Source: Microcoleus sp.
GTDB taxonomy: Bacteria; Cyanobacteriota; Cyanobacteriia; Cyanobacteriales; Microcoleaceae
DNA length: 64,000 bases
Direction of reading: 5' to 3'
Assembly (NCBI GenBank): GCA_042408215.1
Contig: JAYFMW010000003.1
Span: 320,001 to 384,000, forward strand
The translations under genes were made by a program, and so were the position numbers. Position 1 is the first letter of the stretch. Every line of letters begins with the position of its first letter. The notes under the pieces were generated by a model. The model did no database searches, was not told the origin of the DNA, and saw nothing but the letters and a program-made list of their open reading frames with translations. Shown here piece by piece: positions 61,407 through 64,000 of the stretch.

Positions 61407-62645
61407 TTATACCCCGGCTGTGGAAAGAGTCCCAACTTTGTCCAATACCACGTACATATTCTCGCCATCACCATTGCGCGGATAGCCATGACAGATTTTT
61501 TGATGCACCGCTAGGGCTTCATCCAACTCAGTTCGAGTCAAATCGTTCATGAAAAAGCAGTCACCAATGGGGCATGGAGCCGCCGCGCGTTGAAGGCCAT
61601 CGCGGGTACGGGCGATGGATGTTGTGGCTTTCCAGAGCAGTTCTGATGTGAGATAGGGGCTATCAATTGCTAGTCCGAGCCGACTCATTAATCCTAGGAT
61701 GCGATCGCGATCGGCGATCGAAATGTAGCCCCGTTGTTGAGCAATCGTCGCCGAAAAAGCCATGTCGATAGCGACACTGTGGCCGTGGAACATCGGAATT
61801 TCCGGTGTTAGTTCCAGCGTCGGACTCCAAGTGTGACCATAAGCAATCACTCGATCCAAGTCTAGCTCGTGTAGGTTTGGTACTTCTAATGCCAGCATTG
61901 ACTCAATGGCGTTGTAGGTTAAGCGATGTGCTACTTCGCGCAGTTCAGATGTGCCGTCTAGATACCCAAAATGGCTATGCAGCAATGCTTCACCGTAGTT
62001 TTCCAGCAACTCAAAGATTTCTTTGTTCCCAACAACCGCGATCTTAATTAACTCTGCCATGCCGTTGCGTATTTGGTCGATCGGCAGAGTTTTTAGGAAG
62101 GAGAAATCTAAAATTACTTTCTTTGAAGCGTGGTAAGCACCGAGGCGGTTTTTCAGTTTACCGTGGTTCACGGCTACCTTGATTGCCACACTGGCATCAA
62201 TCAGCCCAATTAGGGTTGTCGGTACGCGAATGTAGTTGGTCCGACGGCGATAGGAGGAGCAGGCGAAACCAGTTACGTCAGTAGTCAATCCACCACCAAC
62301 CACCAACACAGGTTCTTTCCGCACGAGTCCGAAATCAACGAAGGCATCTATGATGCTTTCAAAAGTTGTTAAGGTCTTATCCGGTTCCTTGATATTCACT
62401 GGAAAGACTGTTAAATCTATCTCGTGATATTTGAAATAAGCCTGCATCTGCTTGCCATACAGACCATACACTGTTTCGTCTACAACCATTAAACAGCGAC
62501 CAAATTGGCGGTAACTATCGGCAATTTCTGGATTTTCAAGCTTGAAAGCACCATCTACATAGAGCAAGCTGAAATCAATTTTTTCGTACCCTTCAATATG
62601 AAAAGCGCGATCGGTAGATGTAAACGTAGCTTGAATGTCACCCAT
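61407..62645 (-). CDS. mysA: Demethyl-4-deoxygadusol synthase (sedoheptulose-7-phosphate cyclase)
   Basis: [56 protein letters not shown]. Confidence 0.95.
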   Translation of the reverse strand: MGDIQATFTSTDRAFHIEGYEKIDFSLLYVDGAFKLENPEIADSYRQFGRCLMVVDETVYGLYGKQMQAYFKYHEIDLTVFPVNIKEPDKTLTTFESIIDAFVDFGLVRKEPVLVVGGGLTTDVTGFACSSYRRRTNYIRVPTTLIGLIDASVAIKVAVNHGKLKNRLGAYHASKKVILDFSFLKTLPIDQIRNGMAELIKIAVVGNKEIFELLENYGEALLHSHFGYLDGTSELREVAHRLTYNAIESMLALEVPNLHELDLDRVIAYGHTWSPTLELTPEIPMFHGHSVAIDMAFSATIAQQRGYISIADRDRILGLMSRLGLAIDSPYLTSELLWKATTSIARTRDGLQRAAAPCPIGDCFFMNDLTRTELDEALAVHQKICHGYPRNGDGENMYVVLDKVGTLSTAGV

Positions 62646-63141
62646 AAAATTTTTGCACTTTCGTGTTGATAAGTAACTGTAAGTATCCGGGCGATCGTCA
62701 AAACTATCCATCCTTTTGCTGGCCAACTTCCTAGGCATTAACTTGACAAATTTGTCATTTAATATGATCTTAACAATCCACCTAAAAATTTACTTTCAGA
62801 GCTGTTTGTTAAGAATAGGTTAAATACTGCTTTTCGAGTATTTATACTTAAAGTCCTGCTAGGAGCAAGTTTAGATCGCCTCAATACTTGCACAAAACTT
62901 AACATAACGGATTTCTCATATTTATGCAACCTGATGCCACAAAATCCGATAAAACTGTTGAGAAATATTAGAGAATCGGCGACGATCAGTTCAAAACTTT
63001 ACAATCAATCAGTATTTGACAAAGTTAATGTGTTCTAGAATACTCAGTAAATCCAAGGGCGATCGCTAGCAGAAATAAATGTATAAACTTATACAGAAAG
63101 TTCTATGAGTGTTTGAAATTGACTTAGATCGTCAATTCAGC

Positions 63142-63639
63142 TTAGGCTGGAAACACCAAGGATAAATCTAGGGACTCGGGAAACCCCGGAATTACGACAG
63201 TCTCATCAGGGAGAAGAACTCGTTGCGATCGATAATTGAAATCACCTTGTCTTTTTCGATCGGGTTCGCTGTGCATTTCCAGTTGATTGTCAACCAAATT
63301 AAATATCCAAGAATTAGCAATTCCAGCTTCAGCATAGAGAGATAACTTAGTTCTTCGATCGTACTTTAAAGTAGAATCAGAAACCTCAATTACTAACAAG
63401 ATATCCGCAGGTTCTGGGTGAGAAGATAAATAATTATCAGAGCGATTGCGGGCGATAACCACATCAGGTTCTGGTTCGCTATTTGTAGTAGATAAAATTC
63501 TCGGCTCTTGTACGCGCAAATGAGCAAGTCTTGCGAGTATAATGACTAATTACCGAAGTAAAAGACTGTTACAAACAGAGTGAAACCTACCTTTAGCAGC
63601 CATTTTGATAATTTCTCCGCGAATCAATTCAACTCGGTC
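63142..63639 (-). pseudogene. Uma2-family gene with an internal stop, cut off at the 5' end by the repeat array
   Basis: DRVELIRGEIIKMAAKG..LLR*LVII..RVQEP..EPEPDV..IEVSDSTL..YAEAGI. Confidence 0.82.
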
Positions 63640-64000
63640 AATCGATTTGAGATTTGAGATTTGAGATTTGAGATTTACCCCACGTATAAATGCGGGGGCT
63701 TGAGGATTTTAGATTTGGGATTTTGGATTGATTCCACGGATCAATCCGGGGGCTTGTACCACCTTTGAAATTATTGGTCAATCGATTTGAGATTTGAGAT
63801 TTGAGATTTGAGATTTACCCCACGTATAAATGCGGGGGCTTGAGGATTTTAGATTTGGGATTTTGGATTGATTCCACGGATCAATCCGGGGGCTTGTACC
63901 ACCTTTGAAATTATTGGTCAATCGATTTGAGATTTGAGATTTGAGATTTGAGATTTACCCCACGTATAAATGCGGGGGCTTGAGGATTTTAGATTTGGGA
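63636..64000. repeat. 140-bp tandem composite repeat (at least 2.6 copies, runs off the window)
   Basis: Units start at 63636, 63776 and 63916; each has (GATTTGA)4 plus two CCACG.AT.AAT.CGGGGGCTTG hairpins. Confidence 0.93.

Noticed and set aside
1..64000. HIP1 abundance; rRNA/tRNA genes
   Set aside because: HIP1 over-representation is a known cyanobacterial trait. No rRNA or tRNA was recognisable by eye, and tRNAscan/Infernal were not run.

Overview
A 64-kb window from a filamentous cyanobacterium. Abundant HIP1 (GCGATCGC), heptamer STRR tracts and gene content suggest an Oscillatoriales lineage such as Microcoleus or Tychonema; this is inferred. Housekeeping genes include polA (5' part), cysH, ilvA, ltaE, potADBC, two desC, pfkA, bciB-like, crhR and rimO. 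Accessory content includes a toxin-antitoxin-rich stretch (3.9-13 kb) with many decayed genes, an FHA/CHAT pair, a repeat-laden Gld-like ABC operon, an LRR lipoprotein, and a mycosporine (mysABCD) cluster split by a TA pair and a MITE. I found no rRNA, tRNA, CRISPR array, cas gene or reverse transcriptase. The most notable observations are: (1) an 18-repeat LRR lipoprotein with near-identical framework DNA but binding-face codons varying in an NNG/NNC pattern, with visible chimeric repeats; (2) a 352-bp IS200/IS605-type mini-element keeping a TnpB tail and likely omega-RNA end, inserted at the rimO stop; (3) an in-frame REP-derived repeat array inside PolA; (4) a TAA-duplicating MITE with filled and empty sites side by side; (5) a long crhR leader with mutually exclusive stems; (6) tandem exported-protein cassettes with a conserved leader and swapped C-terminal domains. 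All family calls come from motif recognition by eye; no searches were run.
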